DNA from: Podarcis filfolensis
Lineage: Eukaryota
Strand: one strand, 5' to 3'
Assembly: GCA_964270895.1 (NCBI GenBank)
Contig: OZ185435.1
Length of the DNA: 64,000 nt
Shown: one piece after another, positions 1 through 11,725 of the stretch
Position numbering within the stretch: the stretch's first letter is position 1
Layout: the number at the start of each line of letters is the position of its first letter
Made by a program: the position numbers and the translations under genes
The notes under the pieces: model-generated
Told to the model about the DNA's origin: nothing
Seen by the model: the letters and a program-made list of their open reading frames with translations, nothing else
The model's database searches: none

Positions 1-302
1 GAAGTTGGACACTATTGCTGACCACTAGGTGAGCCTGCTTGATTCTCTGTGCATTTCTCCATAAGCAAATTCAGCTGGGTTTATTGGGATGGACACCCAA
101 ATGTGTGAGACTAGGATTGCAGCCTTCATCTGCTGAAGTTTGCAGTCCTAACAATTTACTCTAGGGTACTCTTACTGCAGTCAATGTGACCACCAGATTA
201 AGCAGTTTGCAGATCAAGGGTTGGTGATTAAATTAGTGCTTTAAAATACATTGTTTAATTAATCACCGGTTAAAAAATATAACACCATGTAAATCCTCTT
301 TG

Positions 303-727
303 TTTGTTTTTTTATAATATTTTTATTTTTTCCATATAAACACAACACAACAAACATAAACATACAAAGACAAAAACAGAACAAAAAACATGTATCATTT
401 CATATCCTAATTTCATATACCTTTCTTCCCCGACTTCCTCATGCCTCCCCTTTCTGTATTCCAAATTCTTATCGATTGTTCAGCAAATCTTCCCTTATTT
501 TAATTTAGATTTAGACTATTCTTCCTTATTCTCCTTGTCTTAACCATTGCTAATAGTAACCATTTACTTTCCAGTCCAACATCATTCTAACTTTCATTAA
601 CTTTGTAATATTTCTTTAAATAGTCCTTGAATTTTTTCCATTCTTCTTGCGCTGCCTCTCTTCCCTGGTTTCGGATTCTGCTCGTCATTTCTGCCAAGCC
701 CATGTAGTCTATCACCTTCATCTGCCA
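303..727 (-). mobile_element. 5'-truncated L1-type LINE (ORF2 C-terminus plus 3' UTR)
   Basis: Minus strand reads MWQMKVIDYMGLAEMTSRIRNQGREAAQEEWKKFKDYLKKYYKVNES*, which resembles squamate L1 ORF2 ends, followed by a 3' UTR. Exact 17-bp flanking duplication CATGTAAATCCTCTTTG at 286-302 and 728-744. Confidence 0.8.
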
Positions 728-1336
728 CATGTAAATCCTCTTTGAAAGCATGAGCAGAACTGGAATGTTATTCTCCCTCCCATTCTACATCATCAACATG
801 TTGAGATGTGGCTTGCTTAGTAGTTGATTGCTAAATATATTTAAATATCTGAGGCACATTTTTCTTCAGTACCTTGTCTCTTTTTTAGGTAGTTAAAGAC
901 AGTGATTAGAATATCCATTATATAGCACTGGAATATCCCTTTAAGAGTGAGCAGGGCAGTATTATAGCAGCACAATTGCACTCCAGTAGTAAAGATTGCT
1001 CACATTTTCCTGTAAAATGAGGAAATTGCACTTTTTTAAACCCTGGGAACCATAAAAGACAGGGAAGAACTGAAAATTGCATTGTAAAATTTATAGAAAG
1101 ATTGAATTGGTTGCATTACTTGTAAAGGCATGGTTTCTTGCCCCCTCCCTTTTTTTTAAAGTAAGCATTAGCCTTATTATAAAAGGTCTTTTCTTCTTCT
1201 TCATTTTTGTGTTATGTCATATATGCCTTCCTTTCTTTTCATTCTCACAACCCCACTATCAAGGGGAGGGGGAATGCAATGAACTATTTTGTGGCCTTAA
1301 CATTTGTTGTGTAAGAAACGCAACAGTTTCTTACAC

Positions 1337-1640
1337 TGTTTAGTCGTGTCCGACTCTTCGTGACCCCATGGACCAGAGCACGCCAGGCACTCCTGTCTTC
1401 CACTGCCTCCCGCAGTTTGGTCAAACTCATGCTGGTAGCTTCGAGAACACTGTCCAACCATCTCGTCCTCTGTCGTCCCCTTCTCCTTGTGCCCTCCATC
1501 TTTCCCAGCATCAGGGTCTTTTCCAGGGAGTCTTCTCTTCTCGTGAGGTGGCCAAAGTATTGGAGCCTCAGCTTCAGGGTCTGTCCTTCCAGTGAGCACT
1601 CAGGACTGATTTCCTTAAGAATGGATAGGTTTGATCTTCT
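1337..1640 (-). mobile_element. Bov-B (RTE clade) LINE 3' fragment
   Basis: Minus ORF SILKEISPECSLEGQTLKLRLQYFGHLTRREDSLEKTLMLGKMEGTRRRGRQRTRWLDSV...WRALVHGVTKSRTRLN is the Bov-B ORF C-terminus. Confidence 0.95.
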
Positions 1641-1948
1641 AAATAGCATTAATAAAATACAAGTCTGTACTTCTCAGGAGCTCCTCTATGCAAAATGTCT
1701 GTATATTGTGGAGGCCATATTTTAATGGAGAAAGCCAAAAAATCATCAGCATTGGCTTTACTCATTCTACATTTGCAAATGTTTGTTTAACCTCTATAAA
1801 CTAGTGGAAACACTAACAAAGCTCTCCGCTCATTCAAGTTCAATTGAAGTTCAGTTAAAGAGCTCTTTACTTTGGTTAAAATGCTTATTGACGCCATTTT
1901 AAATCTCACAAGGTGTGTAAGAAAAACTTACCAGTTCATCCTTCTACA

Positions 1949-2041
1949 TAGGGTTGCCCTATTTCAAAAAGTAAAATTCCTGACACCTGCTGCTTCCGGT
2001 TTTACCAGGACATGTCAGGAATTTTCCCGACGTAGGGCCCT
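1949..2041. mobile_element. Short hAT (Blackjack-like, TAGGGTTGCC terminus) non-autonomous element remnant
   Basis: Starts TAGGGTTGCCCTATTTCAAAAAGTAAAAT, 28/29 identical to the reverse complement of 21001-21029. Internal 13-bp inverted repeat AAAATTCCTGACA (1973-1985) / TGTCAGGAATTTT (2013-2025). Confidence 0.6.
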
Positions 2042-3408
2042 GTGTGACCAGTGCCTTGTTTAAATCTAGTTGACTCACCTGCACAGCTCAGGCATCTGTC
2101 ACCCAGGTATACACTGTGCTGGTATGCTAACAAGGCACACCTGAGGATCAGGTTTAAATGTTAAGCTGTCTGAGAGAAATGTCACTTGTTGGGTTCATCA
2201 TGCTTACCTGGCATCACTTTTAAATCAGGCCCTGTCACAAATTCCCTATTAGGTGCACATTCAGCTTCTGCTTAGAAATCCCTAATGAAGAAGAGTTGTG
2301 GCATCATATGTTTTCAGGATCTTTATCTGCAAAAGTGGAAATGAAGTATATTTGAATTCCAAGTTAGGATCATTATTTTCCATTGTATGCGGATTAACTG
2401 CTATTGAATTAATTGCGCATCATGCTGACAATGCAGAAGCATACACATATCTTTAAGCTTTCTGTAATAGAGACCTGCATAATTGATGTACAGTGCCTAG
2501 GCATTATCAAAAATGGGCTTCTTGGAATACTGTAGTAGTCTGTGCTTCTGGTTGCTACTTTCTTCTTTATGGACCTGGTGATAATTCTCATACCTTTGGT
2601 GTTTATCCAAAACAATAAAGACATAAGGTGGAATTCAATGTCATACTATGGTGAACGTCCCATCAGTGCAAGTATTAACAACTTGCCAGATGGAATGATC
2701 CCCCCCCCATGCTGTTCTAGGGGTTCTGATCCTCCAGTTGCTGTGCTCCCTAGGACTAATTGGTTATCTTAGTTTTGAAATTCTTAAACATTTTTTTCTG
2801 CCTTCAGTCGTTTGCAAAGTCCTGTCTCCTGATCAAATCCTGCTAGGTTTCAGACAATGCCTTTATTGAGCATTCATCCGGATTTCTTTGCACAAAGTTT
2901 GCAGGGAGGTCACATAACTTCGGCTAATTGATGAGCAATGATACTGATTTGTTTGTGGGAAGGTTATACGCAGTTGCATCAAACAAATATTATCCCATAC
3001 TTTCCAGAACATTTTCCTGTCATTTTCCCCATCTCAAAATGTTACATTTGTTGCACAAGAGTGCCAAATCAAGATTAAAAGCAAAACCTAAATTTGCCAA
3101 TATGTAATTGCATCCTACCCCAAAATAGCAAAAGCCTGGAAGCACACCTGGTGGCAGCCCTTGGAACTGGGCTTGCAAGTGGAACAACAGGCAAGATCCA
3201 TTCACCCAGTAGTGGTAATATTTGGTCAAAAAGCAGAGATGCTATTCCCATACTTCATTACATAGCTCCTGTGATATGCAGATCCCTCCCCTTTAATAAG
3301 TTGTCTCTTTCTTGTATTGGAGTGTTTTATATTATGGTTGGCAACAAAGCCAAATTTACGACACTGCTGGCTGTCTCCCTCCACAGGGTACCAAGCTGAG
3401 GGGGTGCA

Positions 3409-3421
3409 TAATAATAATAAT

Positions 3422-3466
<45 letters not shown>

Positions 3467-3481
3467 AATAATAATAATAAT
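3409..3481. repeat. Compound (AAT)n(AAC)n(AAT)n microsatellite
   Basis: Directly visible; it generates the poly-L, poly-T and poly-N ORFs in the track. Confidence 0.98.
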
Positions 3482-4789
3482 ACAAGACCTATATTTATAT
3501 GGTTACCTACTGAGAAGATCCATAAAAAGCAACTGTACCAAAAGGCATTATTATGAAAATAAGGAATATTGTGGTAGGGGTAGGGGTGGGTGCCAAATTT
3601 TGTCCTCACTCAGAGCGCCATATTACCAAAGTCCACACCTGCTGGCAACTTGTTTTAACTTGATAGATCAGATAATTGATGACCAAGAGAGAACTTTATA
3701 GACCCTATACTGGATATACCCAGAATGCTGTGTTTGCACCATCTCGGTGTAATACATGACATAGGATTTGCCATAACAAATCGAGCCATGTAGCTCATTA
3801 TAATAATATTTGCTATATTTGTTGACAGCATTATTTAGTCCTGCCCTCTTTGTGGACATTTCCTCCCTAGACATTTCACAGGGAGGATTATTTTATGTTG
3901 CAATTTTCTTCTCTCAGCATACAAGCCACACTTGTTAGTGGTTGATATATGTAAGCCACATATTTTATTAGGGTGGATGTGTTCATATGGGGTTCTTATT
4001 GATTTCCCCCCACAATCCAGTCAGTGAAGAAGTGAAGCAATAACAACCTGTATATGTGCTGATATTGCTTTCTTTACATTTTCTTTGACTTGGGCACAGT
4101 TGCAATTTGTTTTTTAGGTATGCAAAGTACAATAGAAGGGAGAAAAACTCTGTTCAAGAAAAACTATACAGAATTACCTCTGCAAGGAGATTCAACTTCT
4201 GCTGCTACCTTTCATGGCCGTTCCAGTGGCTTTGATCATGTTTCTTTTCATGTTGTTTCTTAGTTTTCCAATTGTTTTATTAGGTGTGACGATGTTCTCA
4301 GTTGAGTGTGATCTAGACAAAGTTGAGATTAATTACAATTTATCGTATTTTGGTGGGAAAGATTTAAGCATATGCTTTACTTCCCTGTAGTCTAATTTTG
4401 CCATACCCCATCTCCTATTAGAACATTCTAAATAAAGACTTCTTTTTTGCATAAGGTTTTGGGGTTTTTCAGTACTTCATAACAATATCTTATACTTGCT
4501 AAACTGTTTGTTGAGTGGAAAGTTTGGTCCATATCACACAAAAAGTAGTGGTGCTGCTGCTTGCTGTATGATTAGCATGACTGTTAAGTAGAACCAGACA
4601 ATTTCTCAGTAGCATTTAGATATTCATGTGTTGAGACATGTGAGTTAGTGAACAACTAAGGGCATCTTGGGTTACTTTTCGGCTTGTACAAGTATATAAC
4701 ATGTGGAAACGTTTCTTGGGAATTGCTTTTCTGGAACCAGATCATAGACAATACTCAACAGGAATCAATGGTATTAGAGAGCTCTGTCT

Positions 4790-4848
4790 TGATTATTCTG
4801 GTTGACCACTGTGAGAATAGGATGTTGAACTAGATAGGTCACTGGTCC
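4790..4848 (+). mobile_element. CR1 3' end fragment
   Basis: CCACTGTGAGAATAGGATGTTGAACTAGATAGGTCACTGGTCC resembles the CR1 3' UTR; the reverse complement of the same motif occurs at 23281-23340. Confidence 0.6.
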
Positions 4849-4915
4849 ATGTGACTACTCAGAGGTTAGTTCCATTGAGTTCAATGTCCAGGTAAGCATG
4901 TGTAGGATTATGACC
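4848..4915. mobile_element. Copy of a ~90-bp quasi-palindromic MITE-like repeat (AATCCTATGCA...TAGGATTGCA type)
   Basis: TACTCAGAGGTTAGTTCCATTGAGTTCAATG...GTAAGCATGTGTAGGATT. Related copies near 113-190, 13680-13720, 14973-15054, 33603-33690 and 54255-54300. Confidence 0.55.
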
Positions 4916-6020
4916 TAAATCCATAATCCTTAAAAAATTTTCAGCATCTGAGCTATATGAGGCTTAACGTACCTTGAAGTTGGTCAAATGCTGACAGTGT
5001 TTTTAAGGGGTGCTTTATGTTATCAAGATAGGATTGTGACAGTGCTTTACACCCTAGGTGAGGTCTGCTTACAGAACTGGAACATGCTTTCAGTTCTGCA
5101 TCAGCTGATGATCACCCTGTACTAGATAAACTCACTAGATGGTATAATGGACATGATGTTCATGGGAACACGCTGGGCTTTGCCATATCTTCATGACTAG
5201 AAAATGAGCTAATTAGCATAACAACATAAATTATAAGTGGGATGGCTTGGAATTTGGATACTGGAGAAAACATCTTAGTGTTTGGTGCAGAGATGTAACT
5301 TGGAACCTCCACTTTTTATTGTACAGGGGTTTAACAATAAATGACAAATCTATATTCTTGAAAGGTGATAAACTTTAAAAGTATATGTCTACAATTACAG
5401 TGGTTCTGTGTTTGCTACGGCTAGCTTAGAGTTTCAATAATTGCTGTGTATGCTGGAGCACACAAAACTGCCCTTTTTTCTGCGCAGAAAACTGCACAGA
5501 AAACTGGTTTTGCAGAGAGATGATTAGAGCAGTGATTCTGAAACTTTGCGGTATGGCAACCTATTAGTCCAAATTTACTCGGTATGGTCACCCACTAATT
5601 TAGTGTCACATGAATTTTGGACCTTAGGTCTTTAGCAGCTGTTGGTTTTGTTCATTTTAAGTGCAACTGTTACTTGAGGCATCCAGGCAAAAAGTGGCTT
5701 AACACTCCTATTAATGTAGAATTGTTGAAATATCTATAGTACCTACAAAGTTATTCACGATTTCATTGTAGCTTATATCTGATGTGTAGGTTCCAAAGTC
5801 ATTAAAGGGATATCCTTGTGAGGTTACTTTGGGGTGGGCCTTTACCACATCTGCTGCAAACCACCAGAGAGTGGTTCACAAGTGTTAAAATGGAAGTCTT
5901 GAGCCTTTCTGATGCTCAGTTCCAACTGTCTAAAACAGCAATATGTTAACAAAACAAAAAGTTATAAGAGGTATTCATCTTATTGATTAAGGATTACAAG
6001 CGATAATTATTTTGGGTTTA

Positions 6021-6238
6021 CAGCAGTATCTCGGGTTACAGATGCTTCAGGTTACACAATTTCGGGTTGCAGAACGGGTTACTTCCGAGTTTCGGCACTC
6101 GTGCATGCACAGAAACACCAAATTGCGACCCGCACATGTGCAGACGCAGCACTACGGGTTGCGAACACTGCGGGTTGTGAACATGCCCCCCACACGGAGC
6201 ACGGATCCCACATGGATTCACAACCTGAGGTTCCACTG
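6021..6238. mobile_element. Tc1/mariner (Tigger-like) MITE
   Basis: TA|CAGCAGTATCTCGGGTTAC ... CAACCTGAGGTTCCACTG|TA: terminal inverted repeats flanked by TA. Confidence 0.8.
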
Positions 6239-8189
6239 TACTTATAAAGTCTGATCTACTTGCACAGACTTCACGTGACCCACTTGTGGGTTGTGACCTA
6301 GAGACTGGGAAACACTGGCTTAAAGTGCTCTATCACCATTCCTTGTTAGGTTTGAATGTGGTGGCATTGCTAAGCTAGTTGTAATCTAGTAGTCAAGGTA
6401 TTAAGTGTAGATGCTGGCACTGTTGTACATTATGGACTCTGGTGCTCCACTATATATGGAATAGCAGCACAATACTTACATTCATGTTTGGGATTTAAAA
6501 GCTTATGCTTCTGCTTAAGTTGTATGAGTTACTTCTTCATAAATTGAGGGAACGAATCACATTCATATATCCTGCCTTTTAAATCAATTCTGGCTTTTAG
6601 AACACTGAGCAGAATCCGTCCTTTGAAGGAAACATAATATTGAATGATTCTTCAGTTAAGCTACTAGCTAGCAACCCACTTGATCTCTTGAAATATCTAG
6701 GATTTCAAGCTTTGTAAACTCCAGTGTGGGAGTAGAAAGGGGAAATATAACTGGACAAGCTCAACAAACCAAATTAAGTGAACCTCAAGAGTTGTTAAAA
6801 GGATAACACCCCCCTTTCTCAAGAAGAAAATGTATCATGCAGGATACACCAACTATGCAGAATGTGTAAAATGGTTATGCCTCTAAGATGGCCACATATG
6901 CATTGTCCCCAAAGAGGAAATGTATCACCAAAAAGAGAACAAAGGAGAAATAAGATTTGCATAAAATCTGAATGTGCTAATTTATATGTATATATGCAAA
7001 TGTAGAAATAATTGCTAGAATTTAAACAAAAATACAGTACATCTTACCATACTGGGAAGCTCTGTCTGCACAGGTCTGATTAGCTTGTCCAGGTGCTAGC
7101 TGGACAGTCCTTCAAATAGAGGGTTATCATTTGTAAATTAGGGCACATGGCTACAGTAATTGACTCTAATGAAGAGTTACATTTTATTCAGTCATCTGCA
7201 TTGCTTTAATAAATAGGCTTTAAGGCCCCTTTCAGGTTGACCTCATGGGATCAGGTTGTGGGAGTAGAACCCTCACAAATAAATATGACATTCAGTGGTG
7301 GAACTTGCATTCATTTTACTGCTATTCAGTTGCCTCTCTGCGTTAGATTACATTTATTGTGACTAGTACAGAGTAATATACTAATGTATCCCACCTTGTT
7401 GTTGTTTTACCCTGCATCTAGTTACTTCTCTGTAGACACAAGTCACACAAAGAGAGGGAGATTGCTTTCCTCCTACCTCTGAAATGGTATTCTTTTCTTC
7501 AGCTTTTATTTGTTTGCTTTGGGGTTGTGGAGATATATAATTTTCCAGTAGATGGAGATTGCTTCTCTTCTCCCAGGGCTTGCTCAGGGTCAGTAACGAC
7601 TTCTGCAAGAACGATTTATTGACTTCTCCACTCTGGCCAGAATTAAAACTGTCACCATAGGGCCTGTAATCCCTAGACAGTAGCATTGCCTTCTCAGTCA
7701 ATTGGAGGGAAAGGCTGCTTTGGTTACAGAGCAATTAACAAGCTTATTTCATGGTGGATGGCTAAGGAGTAGGAGGAGGGGGAGGGATAGATTGAAGGAA
7801 GGAAGAACAAAGTCAATTGCTGAACTGAATTACCCCCCCCCCATTTATCCAATCCTACTTCCTTTTTCTCATGTTTTCGCTATGTGGCGTGCATTTCCCC
7901 CCCCCTCCCCACATGTAATGAAGCATGAGTGATGGGGAGGTAGGTTTTTATGTATGTTTGTATTGAAATATTGTTGTCATTGTATCTGGCTAGTTATTTG
8001 TTATTTTACAGCAGACCAACATATTTCCTACAGTGCCATTTTAATGCAGGCAGGGTTCCATTTACTTTTGGCTTCCAAGTGGAAATTCTCTTTAATGTAC
8101 ACAGAGATTTCCATAAAGGCATTCTTTGGAATGAGCTCCATCTGTTTTGTTTCATTTCTGATCTTACAGTGCTTATAACCAACCTCCTG

Positions 8190-9300
8190 TTTATTTTATT
8201 TATAAAAAAAATATTTATATACCTCTATTCGTTTTTAAAAAAAATTAGAGTGGTTTACAACAGTCATACATAAAACTATACCATAAGAACCATATAATTT
8301 TATTTTTTTATTTTTTTAAATGGAAATCACCTATTAATGGCGCTGTGCGTTAAACCACAGAGCCTAGGACTTGCCGATCAGAAGGTTAGCGGTTCGAATC
8401 CCCGCGACGGGGTGATCTCCCGTTGCTAGGTCCCAGCTTCTGCTAGCCTAGCAGTTCAAAAGCATGTCAAAGTACAAGAAGATAAATAGGTACCGCTCCG
8501 GCGGGAAGGTAACCACGTTTCCGTGCACTGCTCAGGTTTGCCAGAAGTGGCTTAGTCATGCTGGCCACATGACCTGGAAGCTGTACGCCGGCTCCCTTGG
8601 CCAGTAAAGCGAGATGAATGCCGCAACCCCAGAGTCTGTCACGACTGGACCTAATGGTCAGGGGTCCCTTTACCTGTACCTTTATCAGCCTGGCAGGATA
8701 GAAAAGTTTTCAGCAGGCATTTAAAGGTGCCTGCTGAATCCCTGTTAGCAGAGTATTCCATGGGACTGGCCCAATGAATCTAAAGACTTGGTTTCTTGTT
8801 GCTCTCAGATGAGCCTTGTCGGCCAGGGAATGAGCAATGATGCTCCTGTAGATGATTTCAGTGATCAAGCTGGGATATAAGGGTTCTGGTAGCCCCTAAG
8901 GTACGCCGGGCCTAACTTTTTCAGGGATTTGTAAGTTAATATAAGGACATTGAACCTGGCTCAGTACCAGATAAGCGGCCAGTGCAGATTTTTTAATGGT
9001 GTCACGTGTTGTCAGCCATGTGCCCTATTGTCAGCAGTCTGGCTGCCTCATTTTGTTGCAGCTGGAGCTTCTGAACCAGGCTCAAGGGCAGCCTCAAACA
9101 GAATGCATTGCAGTTATCCAGTCTCAAGGTTTACCAGAATAGGGGCTACAGCGGTAAGACTATCCCTGTTCAAGAATGGTCATAGCTGGCAAACAAGAGA
9201 AAGCCGATGAATGGCACTTTTAGTCACAGAGGACACTTAGGTCTCTATTGACATAGATGTATCCAGGAAGAGCCAGATGATAGCCCGCCATGACCCCTGC
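8190..9300 (-). mobile_element. L2-type LINE 3' region, interrupted by a Sauria SINE
   Basis: Reverse translation near 9035-9130 gives LRLDNCNAFCLRLPLSLVQKLQLQQNEAARL (L2 RLDYCN...KLQLVQNAAARL motif). T-rich tail at ~8190-8300. Confidence 0.8.
8339..8684 (+). mobile_element. Sauria SINE
   Basis: GGCGCTGTGCGTTAAACCACAGAGCC tRNA-like head, GGTTCGAATC B-box and CCCTTTACCTGTACCTTTA tail; colinear with the other three copies. Confidence 0.95.
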
Positions 9301-10403
9301 TCAGGTCCATTGGCTCATATGGAGAAGGGACAGCAAATGGTTTCACTCTTCATTTTGAACAAGATACAGAGTACCCAAGTTGCTTGCTGTGATAAAGCTG
9401 TATCATTGAGTTATGTAGAATCCCTTTTACTCTCCTTATTAAGAACCCTTCCGTTCATTCAAAATTCTGTTAATTGACATACTTATCCCTCCACTTCAGT
9501 TGGCATTTTGGTCCAAGTACTTCAACTCAACTTCATTGTAGGTTAGGTTGTAACTCAGTGTATCATTGAGTTCCAATTGAAAACTGTCCATTTATTCTTT
9601 ATTGATCTAGATCACAATAAACATAATATTAATTGCAAAAGGGAGGAGGTCTGGCATAGTAAATTAGAACATGGAGTAAAAACCATTTGTCTCATTGAAA
9701 TACCAAATTGTTATTGAATTGAATCACAATATTGAATTGTGCTAATTTAAAAATATTGAGCTGAGGCATAAAGGAAAGCTAATAAAAAAATCAAATAAGA
9801 TCAACTGGTGCAATCCAAATTGAAAATGAGAACCCAATTTTTCTGCAGTAAGATAGAAAACATACATATACATAAACTGGGATATTTATAACTCCTAGTT
9901 TGTGTATTGGGACATGAGAATGTTTTGCAAGCTGAAAAAGTATAAGCACAATTAAATTAACTGCTTAAATACTTTTTTTTAACAAGACGTGTGAAACAGA
10001 GCTTTGCAGCTGAGTAGTCACTAGACAAAATTCAGGCTCAGTTGAAGTCAAATAGTGTTTGACTGTTCTGAGGCTAATTCTTACCAAACACTTGTAAACT
10101 ACTTTAAGGCATTATCCCAGTCATGTGTGTCAATGGGAGGTAGCCAGCAGATGTCTGAAATCACTACCTTAGCCTTATCGTTTAGCTTCAAAACAAAGAT
10201 TGGAAAGGGTTTTCTCAAAGAAAATAGGGCATCGGGAATTATCAGGCAAAGTTGACGAGCATTCTTGTTAAGAACTCTTTAACACTTTGGCCATTTGCAG
10301 ATGTTATGATGAATTAATGGAATGGCAGCTGGGGCTGGGGGCAGCATCATATGTACTGCTACCACCCTTGACTGCCACACAATCAGCTGAATGACTGCAC
10401 TGA

Positions 10404-10539
10404 ACACCTATCTCCAACCTGGCATCCTCCAGATGTTTTGGACTGCAACTCCCATCAGTCCCAGCCAGCATGGCCACTAATCGTGTATGAGTAGCGTCAT
10501 AGCCCAAAATGTCCAGAAGGCACCAGGTTGGGAAGGCTG
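10404..10539. mobile_element. hAT-type fold-back MITE
   Basis: CCAACCTGG...CCAGATGTTTTGGACTGCAACTCCCATCAG...CCAGGTTGGGAAGGCTG; same family as 39005-39120, 59085-59170 and 61261-61396. Confidence 0.75.
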
Positions 10540-10633
10540 GCATAGAATCTATGTGCATGCAACTGTACGCTCATTGAGATACCTGTGGGCCACCAGGAAA
10601 CCTAGCAAATCAGGGTCATAGGCTTCCTATATA

Positions 10634-10875
10634 CAGTGGTACTTTGGGTTAAGTACTTAATTCGTTCCGGAGGTCCGTTCTCAACCTGAAACTGTTCTTA
10701 ACCTGAAGCACCACTCTAGCTAATGGGGCCTCCTGCTGCCGCTGCACCGCCAGAGCACAATTTCTGTTCTTATCCTGAAGCAAAGTTCTTAACCTGAAGC
10801 ACTATTTCTGGGTTAGCGGAGTCTGTAACCTGAAGCATATGTAACCTGAAGCATATGTAACCTGAGGTACCACTG
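10634..10875. mobile_element. Tc1/mariner (Tigger-like) MITE
   Basis: TA|CAGTGGTAC ... GTACCACTG|TA with repeated internal TAACCTGAAGC motifs. Confidence 0.9.
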
Positions 10876-11079
10876 TACTGCGACTGTAGATACTGGTATA
10901 ATGAATCATTTACATCACTTCACTTCGATATCCACAATTTAAATTTAAGTTTTATGAGGTTTTGTGCTGAAATCAAACTTGTAGTAACACTTTGTACAGG
11001 CAGTGTATTTTTTTTTAATCGAAGTCTAATTATAAACCTACATTAATTGTCACTGCAGTTCAATTTTTGTTCGGTTTAG

Positions 11080-11091
11080 CTAAGTTTGTAG
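11080..11091 (+). CDS. Candidate 12-nt microexon (phase 1-1, x-K-F-V)
   Basis: Acceptor CAATTTTTGTTCGGTTTAG, exon CTAAGTTTGTAG, strong donor GTGAGT. No homology recognised. Confidence 0.25.
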   Translation, partial: LSL

Positions 11092-11675
11092 GTGAGTTGC
11101 CTCAAATTCCCTTTATGAGTTGTAAAGTCACATATATTAGATATTGGGTGGGAATAAATATCTGGGGGCAATACCACTGAACTGCAATCTACAAGACATT
11201 GGGTTTTCTGAAAAGTATTAATAAAAGGACTAAACTTTTTTAAACAACAACATTGCTGTATTACTAGTAGTACTTTATAAGATCTTAAACCTGTATTTCT
11301 CAAAGAGATGGGAGCCTTCCTTAGAAGATATAAGTTGCTGCTTAAGGGAAGCAAATGTGCCTCCCTCTGAGCTTTGGCTATCCTTTGAATGGTTCAAGAA
11401 TCTGTGCTGCTGAAGTTTCTATCCGCAAACCAGCCTGGACTCCTATCTCTTTAAGAATCCACTTGCTTGGTCAGTAGGTAGGTCAGTAGGTGGATCTGTC
11501 TTTGAACAAGGAAATCCTGGATGATTTTATGAAGGAAGCCTTTGGCAAGATTTAGGTTCTGAATTTTGCCTCCTGCTCACAGACTGAAAGCGGGGAGGAA
11601 GCAGATGGCCACAGCTTTAGGTTTAAATGACTCTGACTTTCTGTTCTGATTCATTCTTGCTGTAGGTAATCTCAA

Positions 11676-11677
<2 letters not shown>

Positions 11678-11723
<46 letters not shown>
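11678..11723. repeat. (AT)n microsatellite
   Basis: Directly visible. Confidence 0.98.

Positions 11724-11725
<2 letters not shown>

Noticed and set aside
1284-1649. 121-aa ORF as a host gene
   Set aside because: It is the C-terminus of a Bov-B retrotransposon ORF.
3226-3701. ORFs with poly-Leu, poly-Thr and poly-Asn runs
   Set aside because: Produced by the AAT/AAC microsatellite.
5476-5491. 16-bp perfect palindrome TTTTCTGCGCAGAAAA
   Set aside because: Sits among repeated GCA(C)AGAAAAC units that look like a decayed repeat fragment; no independent significance.
7550-7760. Protein-like text, including LEGKAALVT resembling an SDR dehydrogenase start
   Set aside because: The glycine-rich TGxxxGIG motif is absent and the frames contain stops; treated as chance.
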